This document shows positions 9,599 through 19,196 of a stretch of 64,000 nucleotides of DNA, one piece after another (positions within the stretch are counted from its first letter, which is position 1; every line of letters begins with the position of its first letter). The DNA is taken from NCBI GenBank assembly GCA_963742735.1, contig CAVUMN010000004.1, positions 1,472,001-1,536,000 on the forward strand. Direction: 5' to 3'. A program made the translations under genes and the position numbers. This DNA comes from an uncultured Actinomycetes bacterium (GTDB taxonomy: Bacteria > Actinomycetota > UBA4738 > JBBDTT01). The notes beneath the pieces are model-generated. The model was not told where the DNA came from. It saw nothing but the letters and a program-made list of their open reading frames with translations, and did not search any database.

Positions 9599-10545
9599 TG
9601 GCCGGCGGCGGCAGCGGCGCCACCCGCGACGCGTGGGGCCAGGCCATCGCCCGCGTCGGCGCCGACGAGCGGATGGTCGTGCTGGCGGGCGACCTGCGCG
9701 ACTCCACCAAGGTGGAGGGGTTCATCGAGAAGTATCCCGAGCGCTACGTGGAGTGCGGCATCGCCGAGATGAACATGATCGGGGTCGCCTCGGGCCTGGC
9801 CCTGTCCGGGAAGGTCCCGTGGGCCTGCTCGTTCTCCGCGTTCGTGACCGGACGCATGGAGATCATCCGGGTGAGCGTGTCCTACCAGGAGGCGAACGTC
9901 CGCCTGGTCGGCACCCACTGCGGCGTCGGGGTGGGGGAGGACGGCTACTCGCAGATGGCGCTGCAGGACATCGCCGAGATCCGCTCGCTGCCGAACGTGG
10001 CCATCGTCCAGCCCGCCGACGCCGTCGAGACCGAACGGGCCGTCGAGTACCTGGCCGAGCACCAGGGGCCGGCGTTCCTGCGCCTGACCCGCCAGAAGGT
10101 CGACGACGTCCACGACGACGGCTACACGTTCGCCTTCGGCCGGGCCGACCGGCTCCGCGACGGGGACGACGTGGCGCTGATCGGCACGGGGGCGACCGTC
10201 GGGGAGTGCATGAAGGCCGCCGAGGTCCTGGAGGGCCGGGGCATCTCCGCGCGCGTGGTCAACATCCACACGATCAAGCCGCTCGACGAGGAGGCCATCC
10301 TGGACACGGCCTCGGCGTGCTCGGCGATCGTCACGGTCGAGGACCACGGCATCTGGGGCGGCCTGGGTGGCGCGGTGGCCGAGGTCCTGGCGGCGGCGCC
10401 CGAGAACGGCTCGCGGGCGCGGCTGCACATCATCGGTGTGCGCGGCTTCGGCGAGTCCGGCACGTCCGAGGAGCTCTACGAGCTGCACGGCCTGTCCGGC
10501 GCCCGCGTCGCCGACCAGACCGAGGCGTTCCTGAAGGGCATCTGA
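9598..10545 (+). CDS. Transketolase, C-terminal subunit
   Basis: Motifs GIAEMNMIGVASGLA, GEDGYSQ, IKPLD and VTVEDH..GGLG. Translationally coupled (TGATG). Gln stands where GxDGxSH/TH usually has His. Confidence 0.9.
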   Translation: MAGGGSGATRDAWGQAIARVGADERMVVLAGDLRDSTKVEGFIEKYPERYVECGIAEMNMIGVASGLALSGKVPWACSFSAFVTGRMEIIRVSVSYQEANVRLVGTHCGVGVGEDGYSQMALQDIAEIRSLPNVAIVQPADAVETERAVEYLAEHQGPAFLRLTRQKVDDVHDDGYTFAFGRADRLRDGDDVALIGTGATVGECMKAAEVLEGRGISARVVNIHTIKPLDEEAILDTASACSAIVTVEDHGIWGGLGGAVAEVLAAAPENGSRARLHIIGVRGFGESGTSEELYELHGLSGARVADQTEAFLKGI

Positions 10546-10551
10546 CCGCCT

Positions 10552-10567
10552 TGTGAGGTCGGTCACA
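10552..10567. promoter_or_regulatory. Perfect CRP consensus site upstream of the cNMP-effector operon
   Basis: TGTGA-GGTCGG-TCACA. A candidate -10 CATACT at 10606-10611 puts the site centre about 60 bp upstream of the likely start site, a class I-like activation position. Confidence 0.75.
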
Positions 10568-10621
10568 CTCGGGGCCTGGTCTAGTTTCGGGAGGGTCGAA
10601 GCGCGCATACTTCGCAAGGTG

Positions 10622-12874
10622 ATGCCCCGCGCTCCACGATCCTCCACCCCTCGACGCACGAAGATCTCCGCGATCGTCGAGGTACTCGGTCGCGCCGGGC
10701 CGTTCAAGGACCTCGGCCGGCGTGACCTGGCGGCCCTCGCCGAACGCCTCGAGCCTGTCGGGCTGGCCGCGGGCGAGACGCTGCTGTCCCAGGACGGAGC
10801 CGGGGACGACGTCTTCGTCGTCCTCGCCGGTTCGCTCGCCGTCCTCGCGGCCGACGGGAACGGCACCGCCCGGGTGGCGGAGGTGGGACCCGGTGACGTC
10901 GTCGGGGAGAACGCGGTGCTGACCGGCGAGCGCCGGGCCGCCACCGTCCGCGCGAACGGGCGTGCCCGGGTGGGCAGGCTGTCCCGGGAGGCGTTCGGAG
11001 AGATCCTGTCCGCGCATCCCCGGGTGGCCGAGCGCATGGCCAAGGAGATGGACCGGCGAACCATCGATCGTCTGCTGGCGACCGACCTCGCCCGGCTGTT
11101 CGGTCCCCTGGACCCGGAGGTCCGAGAGCAGCTGCGCTCCCGGCTCGAGTGGCGCCACCTGGCCGCCGGCGACGTCCTGTTCTCCGAGGGCGAGCCGGCC
11201 GACTCGGCGTACTTCGTGGTGCTCGGGCGCCTGCGCGCCCGGGCGAGCCCCTCGGCCAACGGCTCGGCCGAGGCGTGGACGGACGTCCCGGCGGGGGAGC
11301 TGGTTGGGGCAGCCGCCCTGCTCGACGGCGGCGTGCGGGCCCGAACGGTGGCCGCGGTCCGGGACTCCTACCTGGTGAAGCTCCCGGCCGACGTCCTCGC
11401 GCTGCTGTCGAAGGACCACCCCGAGGCGATCCTCGGCGTGGCCCGCAGCCTGGTCCGTCAGATCACCCAGCCGCCCGTCCGCGGCGGCGCGGGCCGGCGG
11501 TGCTCGGTGGTGCTCATCCCGGCCGCGCTCGACGTCGACCTCCGCATGTTCGCCTCGCGGCTGGCCGAGATGCTGTCCGAGGACGGTCCGACCTTCCACC
11601 TGTGGGGCGCGCGGGTCGACAGCGCGCTGGGGACGCCCGGGGTGTCCCAGTCGAAGGCCGGGGACCCGGGCGACGTGCGGGTCAGCCGATGGCTGGACAC
11701 CGTGGAAGAGGCGAATCGGTTCCTGGTGTTCGAGGCCGACGGCGAGGACTCGGCCTGGACCCGGCGGGCCCTGCGCCAGGCCGACCACGTCCTGATCCTG
11801 GCGGACGCCACGGCCGAGCCGGTCGCGCCCGGGGCCGCGGTCGCCGAGCTGATCCAGGCGGGCGGCACGCCGGTCTCCCTGGTGCTGCTCCAGCGCGGCG
11901 GCCCCCACCTGCCCACCGGCACGGACCGGTGGCTGGACGCGATGGGCGTCGACGACGTCATCCACCTCCGGCGGGGCTCACCCCACGACCTGCAGCGGCT
12001 GGGGCGCGTGGTGTCGGGGCGGGCGGTGGCCATGGTCTTCAGCGGAGGGGGCGCGCGAGGGTTCGCCCACCTCGGCGTCATTCGGGCCATGCACGGGCTG
12101 GGGGTTCCCATCGACATCGTGGGGGGGTCCTCGATGGGTGCGGCGGTCGCCACCGGCCTGGGGATGGGCGTCTCCATCGAGGACATGATCCCGATGGTCA
12201 AGAAGCGCTTCGCGCGGCTGCGCGACTACACCCTTCCGGTCGCCTCATTCCTGAAGGGGAAGCGCATCACCCAGGCCATGCAGGCGGAGTTCGGCGAGCA
12301 CCTCATCGAGGACCTGTGGCTGCCGTTCTTCTGCATCACGACGAACATGACGACGTTCGGCGAGGCCGTGCATCGCCGAGGCCCGCTGGTGCAGATCCTG
12401 CGTGCGTCCACGGCCCTGCCCGGCGTCCTGCCTCCCGCGTCGATCGGCGGCGAGGTTCACATCGACGGGGGAGTCATCAACGATTTCCCGATCGACGTGA
12501 TGCGCCGGCTGCATCCGAACTCGATCGTGATCGGCTCCGACGTGACCCCCAAGCGCGGGCCCGGCGCCAAGGACGACTACGGGCTGTGGCTGTCGGGGAT
12601 GCGGGCGATCGGCAAGAGGGTCGGCAGGCACCAGAGGATCCCCGGCATCGGCGACACGCTGATGCGGTCCATGACCGTGAGCGCCATGCGCCAGCGCGAC
12701 CGGGCGATCGAGGAACATCACGCCGACCTGGTGCTGCACCACGACATGCGCGGCGTGAGCCTGCTGGACTTCGACGCCGTCGAGGCCGTGGCCGAGCGCG
12801 GCTACCAGTCCGCCCTCCCGCAGCTGACGGCGTGGTTCGAGCAGCGGGACATCGCGACGAAGGGAGCGAGCTGA
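10622..12874 (+). CDS. NTE-family patatin-like phospholipase with two cyclic-nucleotide-binding domains
   Basis: Two cNMP domains (GDVVGENAVL..RRAATV; GELVGAAALL..RARTV). Patatin motifs SGGGARG, GSSMG and DGG. Start placed at ATG 10622 (GTG 10619 also possible). Confidence 0.88.
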   Translation: MPRAPRSSTPRRTKISAIVEVLGRAGPFKDLGRRDLAALAERLEPVGLAAGETLLSQDGAGDDVFVVLAGSLAVLAADGNGTARVAEVGPGDVVGENAVLTGERRAATVRANGRARVGRLSREAFGEILSAHPRVAERMAKEMDRRTIDRLLATDLARLFGPLDPEVREQLRSRLEWRHLAAGDVLFSEGEPADSAYFVVLGRLRARASPSANGSAEAWTDVPAGELVGAAALLDGGVRARTVAAVRDSYLVKLPADVLALLSKDHPEAILGVARSLVRQITQPPVRGGAGRRCSVVLIPAALDVDLRMFASRLAEMLSEDGPTFHLWGARVDSALGTPGVSQSKAGDPGDVRVSRWLDTVEEANRFLVFEADGEDSAWTRRALRQADHVLILADATAEPVAPGAAVAELIQAGGTPVSLVLLQRGGPHLPTGTDRWLDAMGVDDVIHLRRGSPHDLQRLGRVVSGRAVAMVFSGGGARGFAHLGVIRAMHGLGVPIDIVGGSSMGAAVATGLGMGVSIEDMIPMVKKRFARLRDYTLPVASFLKGKRITQAMQAEFGEHLIEDLWLPFFCITTNMTTFGEAVHRRGPLVQILRASTALPGVLPPASIGGEVHIDGGVINDFPIDVMRRLHPNSIVIGSDVTPKRGPGAKDDYGLWLSGMRAIGKRVGRHQRIPGIGDTLMRSMTVSAMRQRDRAIEEHHADLVLHHDMRGVSLLDFDAVEAVAERGYQSALPQLTAWFEQRDIATKGAS

Positions 12875-13920
12875 TGCTGTTGGTCACCCTGAGGGACCTT
12901 CAGTACCGCAAGGTCCGGTTCCTGCTGGTGACGCTGGGGACCGGGCTGGTGTTCGTGCTGCTGCTGTTGATGAGCGGGCTCACCGCGCAGTTCCGCCGCG
13001 AGCCGCTGGCCACCGTCGAGGCGATCGGGGCCGACGGCTGGGTCCTGCGAGCCGGCGCGACCGGGGCGTTCACCTCTGCGGCCACGCTGGAGCCTGGGAT
13101 CGCCGCGGGGATCCAGGGTGCGACGCGCGCGGATCCCCTGGTCATCGCGCGGCACAGCCTGGACGTGGACGGCGCGCCCATGGACATCGTGGTGATCGGC
13201 TACGTGCCGGGCGGGCTTGGGGTGCCGACGGTGATCGAGGGGCGCCTGCCGGCGTCGAGCGGCGAGGTCACGATCGACGAGTCCTCCGGCGTCGCGGTGG
13301 GTGATCCCGCCAAGGTCGGCTCGCAGACGTTCACCGTGGCGGGGCTGACCACCGACACGACGTTGCTGGGCGGCATGCCCCTGCTGTTCATGGAGCTCGA
13401 GGACGCCCAGGCGCTGGTCTACCGGGGGCGCCCCGCCGCGAGCGCCATCGTCGTGGAGGGCACGCCGACCTCGGTCCCGGAGGGGTACGCGCTGCTGTCG
13501 AACGAGGCGGTCGCCGAGGACGCCACCCGTCCGCTGGATCGCGCCATCTCCTCGGTCAGCCTGGTGCGAAGCCTGCTGTGGGTCGTGTCCGCGATGATCA
13601 TCGGCGGGGTCGTGTACCTCTCGGCGCTGGAGCGCCGGCGGGACTTCGCGGTCATGAAGGCCGTCGGCACGTCGACCGCGGCGCTGCTGTTCGGGCTCGC
13701 GCTCCAGGGGGTGCTCGTGGCGATCCTGGCGGCGATCCTGGCCACGGGCCTGCAGGCGGTCCTGGTCCCCATCTTCCCGCTGAAGGTGACGGTGACGACG
13801 TCGGTGCTCACCCAGCTGCCGGTCGTGGCGGTGTTGATCGCGATCCTTGCCAGCCTCGGCGGAATGCGCCAGGTGGCGCGGACCGATCCCGCGTCGGCGT
13901 TCGGGGGGCCGGCGTCATGA
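12874..13920 (+). CDS. ABC transporter permease (FtsX/MacB-like)
   Basis: MLLVTLRDLQYRKVRF..., one N-terminal TM, an extracytoplasmic domain, ERRRDFAVMKAVG, and three C-terminal TMs. Coupled start. Confidence 0.85.
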   Translation: MLLVTLRDLQYRKVRFLLVTLGTGLVFVLLLLMSGLTAQFRREPLATVEAIGADGWVLRAGATGAFTSAATLEPGIAAGIQGATRADPLVIARHSLDVDGAPMDIVVIGYVPGGLGVPTVIEGRLPASSGEVTIDESSGVAVGDPAKVGSQTFTVAGLTTDTTLLGGMPLLFMELEDAQALVYRGRPAASAIVVEGTPTSVPEGYALLSNEAVAEDATRPLDRAISSVSLVRSLLWVVSAMIIGGVVYLSALERRRDFAVMKAVGTSTAALLFGLALQGVLVAILAAILATGLQAVLVPIFPLKVTVTTSVLTQLPVVAVLIAILASLGGMRQVARTDPASAFGGPAS

Positions 13921-15020
13921 CCCCGACCAAGCTCTCCGTTCGGGACCTGGTCGTCGAGTACCAGACCGAGAACTACAAGGTGCGACCCATCGAGGGTCTG
14001 AGCTTCGAGGCGTCCGAGGGCGAGATCGTCGTTCTGCTCGGTCCCTCGGGCTCCGGGAAGACCACGCTGCTGTCCTGTCTGGCGGGGATCCTGACCCCGA
14101 CGTGGGGGTGGATCGAGGTCGGCGACACGGTGGTCACCGAGCTCGCCGCGGGGAAGATGGCCGAGTACCGGCGGCGGCAGGTCGGGATCATCTTCCAGGC
14201 GTTCAACCTGATCGCCTCGCTGTCCGCCCGGGAGAACGTGGCGATGCCGCTCATGGTGGGCTCGGGGATCTTCAAGAACGAGGTCCCCAAATCCGAGGCC
14301 CTGAAGCGCGCCGACGAGCTCCTGGCGCTGGTGAACCTGGCCGACCGCGCCCATCACCGTCCCGGACAGCTCTCGGGAGGGCAGCAGCAGCGGGTGGCGA
14401 TCGCCCGCGCGCTGATCTACGACCCCCCGATGCTGCTGGCCGACGAGCCGACGGCGAACCTGGACTACATCCAGGCGGAGGGGATCGTTCGCGCCCTCCG
14501 TGACCTGAAGGCGAAGGGCCGGATCATCGTGATCGCCACCCACGACGAGCGCCTGGTGCCGATCGCGGACCGCGTCGTGCAGCTGGTGCCGGACGTGCAC
14601 GGCGAGAGCGGACCTCCCCAGCGCGTGGAGTACGCCGCCGGCGAGACGATCTTCCAGCAGGGCTCGCGGGGCCAGCTGATCTACGTGATCGAGGGGGGCC
14701 GGGTCGATCTGGTTCGCGACCTGGCGGACGGGGGCGAGGAACCGCTGGCGCTGCTCGACGCCGGCCAGTACTTCGGCGAGCTCGGCCCGTTCCTGGGGAT
14801 GCCCAGGGCGGCGACGGCGCGGGCCAAGACCGACGTGGTCCTCACCGCCTACGGCGTGCAGGACTTCCGCCGCAAGCTGGGCGAGCTCAAGGCGGGGCAG
14901 GACGGCAACGGAACCCGGATCAAGAGGAAGCGCCCCGCCAAGAAGACGGCGGCGAAGAGGTCCGCCGGGAAGAAGCCGGCCGCCAAGAAGGCCGCCGCGA
15001 GGGTTCGTTCCCGTTCCTGA
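13917..15020 (+). CDS. ABC transporter ATP-binding protein with C-terminal cNMP-binding domain and Lys/Ala-rich tail
   Basis: Walker A GPSGSGKTT, LSGGQQQR and LLADEPT, then cNMP domain GQYFGELG..PRAATARA. Tail KKTAAKRSAGKKPAAKK. Confidence 0.9.
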   Translation: MTPTKLSVRDLVVEYQTENYKVRPIEGLSFEASEGEIVVLLGPSGSGKTTLLSCLAGILTPTWGWIEVGDTVVTELAAGKMAEYRRRQVGIIFQAFNLIASLSARENVAMPLMVGSGIFKNEVPKSEALKRADELLALVNLADRAHHRPGQLSGGQQQRVAIARALIYDPPMLLADEPTANLDYIQAEGIVRALRDLKAKGRIIVIATHDERLVPIADRVVQLVPDVHGESGPPQRVEYAAGETIFQQGSRGQLIYVIEGGRVDLVRDLADGGEEPLALLDAGQYFGELGPFLGMPRAATARAKTDVVLTAYGVQDFRRKLGELKAGQDGNGTRIKRKRPAKKTAAKRSAGKKPAAKKAAARVRSRS

Positions 15021-15078
15021 GTTCCTCTGCTAGCATCGGGCGACCCACCCACCTACTTCCTGGGGATGAGGCGCGTCC

Positions 15079-15765
15079 ATGATCCGTTGCGACCACGTAA
15101 CCAAGACCTACAAGGATTCCGTTGTTGCCCTCGAGGATGTGTCGCTCGAGGTCGGCAAGGGCGAGTTCGTGTTCCTGGTCGGCCCGTCGGGCTCGGGCAA
15201 GAGCACGTTCCTGCGGCTGTGCCTGAAGGAGGAGGAGCCCAGCAAGGGCGCCATCTTCGTGGCCGGCAAGAACATCCGCACGCTGTCGACCTGGAAGGTG
15301 CCCTACCTGCGGCGAAACATCGGCACCGTGTTCCAGGACTTCAAGCTGCTCCCCGACAAGACGGTCTTCGACAACGTGGCGTTCGCGCTGGAGGTCATCG
15401 GCAAGCCCAAGCACACCATCGACACGCGCGTGCCGGAGATCCTGGAGCTGGTCGGGCTGGGGGACAAGCTGTCGAACTTCCCGGACGAGCTGTCCGGCGG
15501 CGAGCAGCAGCGGGTTTCCATCGCCCGGGCATTCGTGAACCGGCCGCTCATCCTGCTGGCCGACGAGCCGACGGGAAACCTCGACCCCGCCACGTCGGTG
15601 GACATCATGAAGCTGCTCGACCGCATCAACCGCACGGGCACCACCGTGATCATGGCTACGCACGACAACGCGATCGTGGACGCCATGCGCCGCCGGGTGA
15701 TCGAGCTCGAGGGCGGCCACGTCATCCGCGACCAGGCCCGAGGGGTGTACGGCTATGGCGCGTAG
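15079..15765 (+). CDS. ftsE: Cell division ATP-binding protein FtsE
   Basis: Motifs [27 protein letters not shown] and LSGGEQQR. Ends with the typical RGVYGY and lies upstream of ftsX. Confidence 0.95.
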   Translation: MIRCDHVTKTYKDSVVALEDVSLEVGKGEFVFLVGPSGSGKSTFLRLCLKEEEPSKGAIFVAGKNIRTLSTWKVPYLRRNIGTVFQDFKLLPDKTVFDNVAFALEVIGKPKHTIDTRVPEILELVGLGDKLSNFPDELSGGEQQRVSIARAFVNRPLILLADEPTGNLDPATSVDIMKLLDRINRTGTTVIMATHDNAIVDAMRRRVIELEGGHVIRDQARGVYGYGA

Positions 15766-16633
15766 GTTCAGCTACTTCTTCCGCGAGACCGCGACCGGGC
15801 TGAAGCGCAACGGGCTCATCGCCTTCGCAGCGGTGTCCTCGGTGTTCGTGTCGCTGTTCCTGCTCGGCGCGGCCCTGCTGGTAGGGCGCCAGGTCGGCAT
15901 CATCGTCGACTACTCGACCGCCAAGGTCGAGGTCTCGGTGTTCCTGAAGGACTCCATCACCGAGCCCCAGCGACTGCACCTGCAGGAGACGCTCGTCGCG
16001 ATCCCCGAGGTCGACACCGTCGAGTACGAGTCGCGCGAGGAGGCCTACGAGCGGTTCAAGGAGATCTTCGCCAACCAGCCCAACCTGGTGCAGAACGTCC
16101 CGCCGGACGCGATGCCCATGTCCTACAGGGTGAAGCTCGCCGACCCCGAGAAGTTCGACGTGATCGCCGCGCGCCTCGCCGGCCAGCCGGGCATCGACAA
16201 GGTCGTGGACCAGCGCGAGATCCTCAAGCGGCTGTTCGCGGTGACGAACGTGCTGCAGGTCGGGGCGTTCGCGGCGGCGGTGATCATGCTGGTGTCGGCG
16301 GCCGCGCTGATCGGCAACACCGTGCGTATGGCGGTGTTCGCTCGGCGCAAGGAGATCGGCATCATGAAGCTCGTCGGCGCGACGAACTGGTTCATCCGCG
16401 TGCCGTTCCTGATCGAGGGCGTGGTCCAGGGTCTGTTCGGCGCGGCGGCGGCCATCGTGTCGCTGTTCGCGATCAAGGCCCTGTTCATCGACCCGCTGCG
16501 CAACAAGATCGGGTTCATGCCGCTGGTCCAGACCCAGGACGTGGTGTTCGCGGTGCCGTTCCTGCTGCTGGCCGGCGTGCTCGTAGCGGTGATCGCCAGC
16601 CTGCTCGCCATGCGCCGCTTCCTCGAGGTCTGA
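15755..16633 (+). CDS. ftsX: Cell division permease FtsX
   Basis: Motif [35 protein letters not shown]. Confidence 0.95.
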   Translation: MARRFSYFFRETATGLKRNGLIAFAAVSSVFVSLFLLGAALLVGRQVGIIVDYSTAKVEVSVFLKDSITEPQRLHLQETLVAIPEVDTVEYESREEAYERFKEIFANQPNLVQNVPPDAMPMSYRVKLADPEKFDVIAARLAGQPGIDKVVDQREILKRLFAVTNVLQVGAFAAAVIMLVSAAALIGNTVRMAVFARRKEIGIMKLVGATNWFIRVPFLIEGVVQGLFGAAAAIVSLFAIKALFIDPLRNKIGFMPLVQTQDVVFAVPFLLLAGVLVAVIASLLAMRRFLEV

Positions 16634-16640
16634 GTCGCTC

Positions 16641-16713
16641 GGAGGTCACGCGCCGCATCGCTTCCCTCGCTCGCTGCGCTCGCTCAGTCCAGATGATGCG
16701 TCGCATGACCCCC
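16641..16713. repeat. 73-bp intergenic inverted-repeat (REP/MITE-like) element flanked by TCGCTC direct repeats
   Basis: Arms GGAGGTCACGCGCCGCATC (16641-59) and GATGCGTCGCATGACCCCC (16695-713) are complementary at 16/19 positions. TCGCTC occurs at 16635-40 and 16714-19. The loop contains CTCGCTCGCTGCGCTCGCTC. Confidence 0.55.
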
Positions 16714-16731
16714 TCGCTCTGCAGAGGGTGC

Positions 16732-16760
16732 TTGAATCGCCCCCTTTGCGTTCCTAGGCT
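16732..16760 (+). promoter_or_regulatory. Sigma70/SigA-type promoter of the M23 peptidase gene
   Basis: TTGAAT-N17-TAGGCT, ending 9 nt before the ATG at 16770 (near-leaderless). Confidence 0.6.
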
Positions 16761-16769
16761 TGTGTACCC

Positions 16770-17966
16770 ATGAGGCTTCCCCGGCCGCTTGTGGCCCTCA
16801 TCGCCCTGTGCTTGCTCATGTCCCTGGCCGCCCCGGCCACCGCGGACGACGATCAGCGCCTGCGCGAGATCGACCAGGAGATCGCCCAGAAGCGCGCGCA
16901 GATCGAGGCCGCGGAGGACGCCCGGCAGAGCCTGCTGGAGCAGATCGCCGACTCCGACGACAAGCTCCGCGGGATCAACGCGACGCTCGCCGAGCTCCAG
17001 GCGCTGCTGCGGGAGACGCGTGCGAAGTTCGCCCCCGTCCAGGCCGCCTACGTCACCGCCGTGGCCCGCCACCGGAACCTCGTCGTGCGGGTCAACCGCA
17101 CCCAGCAGAGGCTCAACCTGCAGATCCAGGCCCTCGGCGACCGGGCCGCGGGCGCCTACGTCGCCGGCCCCGGCTCGTGGTTCGAGGTCGTCCTCACGTC
17201 GTCGTCCTTCGGCGACCTCATCGCGAAGCAGGAGCTGGCGAACCGCGTGCTGCTCTACGACTCCGACATCGTCGACCAGGTCGCCAACACCAAGGCCCGT
17301 CTGGAGGACATGCGCGAGGAGGCCGGCGAAGCCCGCGCCGAGATCAAGATTCGCCGCGACGAGCTGAAGCGGCAGGTCGACCGGGTGGCGAACCTCACCG
17401 CCAAGCAGGCCGCCGCGCAGGCGGCGCTGGAGCAGGAGCTCGCCACCCGGGAGGACGCCCTGCAGGATGTCGAGGCCGCGAAGTCGACGTACGAGGCGGC
17501 GGTCCGGGCGCTGCAGGCCGAGTCGGACCGCATCCGGGGGATCATCCAGGGGGGCGGCTCCAGCGGGTCTGGAAGCGCGGGCGGAACGTTCTACTGGCCG
17601 ACCGCCGGAACGGTTACCTCCGGGTTCGGTTGGCGGATCCACCCGATCTACGGCACCCGGCGGTTCCACTCGGGCGTCGACATGGGCGGGGCGTGCGGCC
17701 AGCCGATCTACGCGGCCGCGTCGGGAACCGTGCTCGACGTCTACTGGTCGGAGGGCTACGGGCTGTTCACGATCCTGGACCACGGCAACGGCCTGGCCAC
17801 CGCCTACGCGCACCAGTCCGCCACCCTCATCTCCGACGGCGAGCACGTCGGCCGTGGCGAACAGATCGGCCGGGTGGGGACCACCGGATGGTCCACCGGC
17901 TGCCACCTGCATTTCGAGGCCCGGGTCAACGGCAGCCCGGTCGACCCGATGCCGTACCTGACCTAG
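16770..17966 (+). CDS. Coiled-coil M23 peptidoglycan endopeptidase (EnvC/PcsB-like FtsEX partner)
   Basis: Signal peptide, long coiled coil, and M23 motifs HSGVD, YAH and TGCHLHFE. Confidence 0.9.
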   Translation: MRLPRPLVALIALCLLMSLAAPATADDDQRLREIDQEIAQKRAQIEAAEDARQSLLEQIADSDDKLRGINATLAELQALLRETRAKFAPVQAAYVTAVARHRNLVVRVNRTQQRLNLQIQALGDRAAGAYVAGPGSWFEVVLTSSSFGDLIAKQELANRVLLYDSDIVDQVANTKARLEDMREEAGEARAEIKIRRDELKRQVDRVANLTAKQAAAQAALEQELATREDALQDVEAAKSTYEAAVRALQAESDRIRGIIQGGGSSGSGSAGGTFYWPTAGTVTSGFGWRIHPIYGTRRFHSGVDMGGACGQPIYAAASGTVLDVYWSEGYGLFTILDHGNGLATAYAHQSATLISDGEHVGRGEQIGRVGTTGWSTGCHLHFEARVNGSPVDPMPYLT

Positions 17967-18047
17967 CCGGTGCCACCCTCGGGGGAGGACGGGTCGTTCT
18001 TCTGGGCGTCCGGTAGCATCGTGGTCCCCCCCGATCGCGAGGCAGGC

Positions 18048-19196
18048 ATGCGCCGACGTTTCCTGGCACGGATCACGGCGGCGACCCTCGCCGTCATCCT
18101 TCCCCTGGCCACCTTCGTCGCCGGCACGCGCGTTGCCGACCGGAACGAGCCCCCCGGGTTCGACCGGATCGCCGCCGCCGGCCTGCGGCTCCTGCAGGAG
18201 TCAGCCCTCCCGGTCACCGTCGATCAGCTCGTCGAGGCCGCGATCGAGGGGATGCTCGAGTCGATCGACGACCCGTATGCGGCCCTGCTCACGGCCGAGG
18301 AGCAGGCGCAGCTCGAGGACCTGGTCAGCGGCGGCGAGCTCGTCGGGATCGGCGTGTGGCTGCATCCCGCCAAGCACGGCCTCCGCGTGACCGGGGTGAT
18401 CCCCGACACCCCCGCGTCCGAGGCGGGCCTGCGGGCGGGCGACGTGATCGTCAAGGTCGACGGGGTGGCGACGGCGCCGGCCAAGAAGGGGGTCGACCGC
18501 ACCGAGCCGCTGCGGGGCGAGGCCGGGACCGCCGTCGAGCTCGAGATCTTCCGCGAGGGCAAGACGATCACTCGTGAGCTCGTCCGGCGCAGCATTCCGA
18601 TTCCCAACGTCGTTCCCCGCCGGCTGACCAGCGGGGTGGGTTACGTCCGGATGCTTCAGTTCGGCCAGGGCGTCTCGGACGAGCTCCGCGCCGCCGTCGC
18701 CGGCCTCCTCGCCGACGGCGCGTCCGGCATCCTGCTGGACCTGCGGGACAACCCCGGCGGCCTGGCCCACGAGGCGTTCGACTCGGCGAGCGTGTTCATC
18801 GACGAGGGCCTGCTGGGCACGGTCCACGCCCGGGGCGAGGACCCGCAGCAGGTCCACGCCGACGGGACCGCTCTGGAGGGCGACTTCCCTCTGGTCGTGC
18901 TGGTCAACGGGCACAGCGCAAGCGCCTCGGAGATCATGGCGGCGGCCCTCGACGACCGCGGCCGGGCCACGCTGGTCGGCAGCCGCACGTTCGGCAAGGG
19001 CTCGGTCCTCACCGTCGAGCCGGTCACCCCCGACGGCCCGACGATCAGGTACACCACCGCGTTCTTCATCCGCCCCAACGGCGAGCCCATCGAGGGGCTC
19101 GGCGTGAAGCCCCTCTACCCGGTTCCCACGACCGGGAAGGGCGACCGAGCGCTTCGGCTGGGCGAGCGGCTCGTCATCGCTCAGTCCAGGGTGTGA
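18048..19196 (+). CDS. S41 family C-terminal processing peptidase (CtpA-like) with PDZ domain
   Basis: Motifs GIGV (PDZ), LDLRDNPGG, SASASEI and TFGKG. Confidence 0.9.
   Translation: MRRRFLARITAATLAVILPLATFVAGTRVADRNEPPGFDRIAAAGLRLLQESALPVTVDQLVEAAIEGMLESIDDPYAALLTAEEQAQLEDLVSGGELVGIGVWLHPAKHGLRVTGVIPDTPASEAGLRAGDVIVKVDGVATAPAKKGVDRTEPLRGEAGTAVELEIFREGKTITRELVRRSIPIPNVVPRRLTSGVGYVRMLQFGQGVSDELRAAVAGLLADGASGILLDLRDNPGGLAHEAFDSASVFIDEGLLGTVHARGEDPQQVHADGTALEGDFPLVVLVNGHSASASEIMAAALDDRGRATLVGSRTFGKGSVLTVEPVTPDGPTIRYTTAFFIRPNGEPIEGLGVKPLYPVPTTGKGDRALRLGERLVIAQSRV

Noticed and set aside
8735-10545. Split transketolase as part of the cAMP system
   Set aside because: Two-gene transketolases are common, and nothing in the sequence links them to the flanking signalling genes beyond position.
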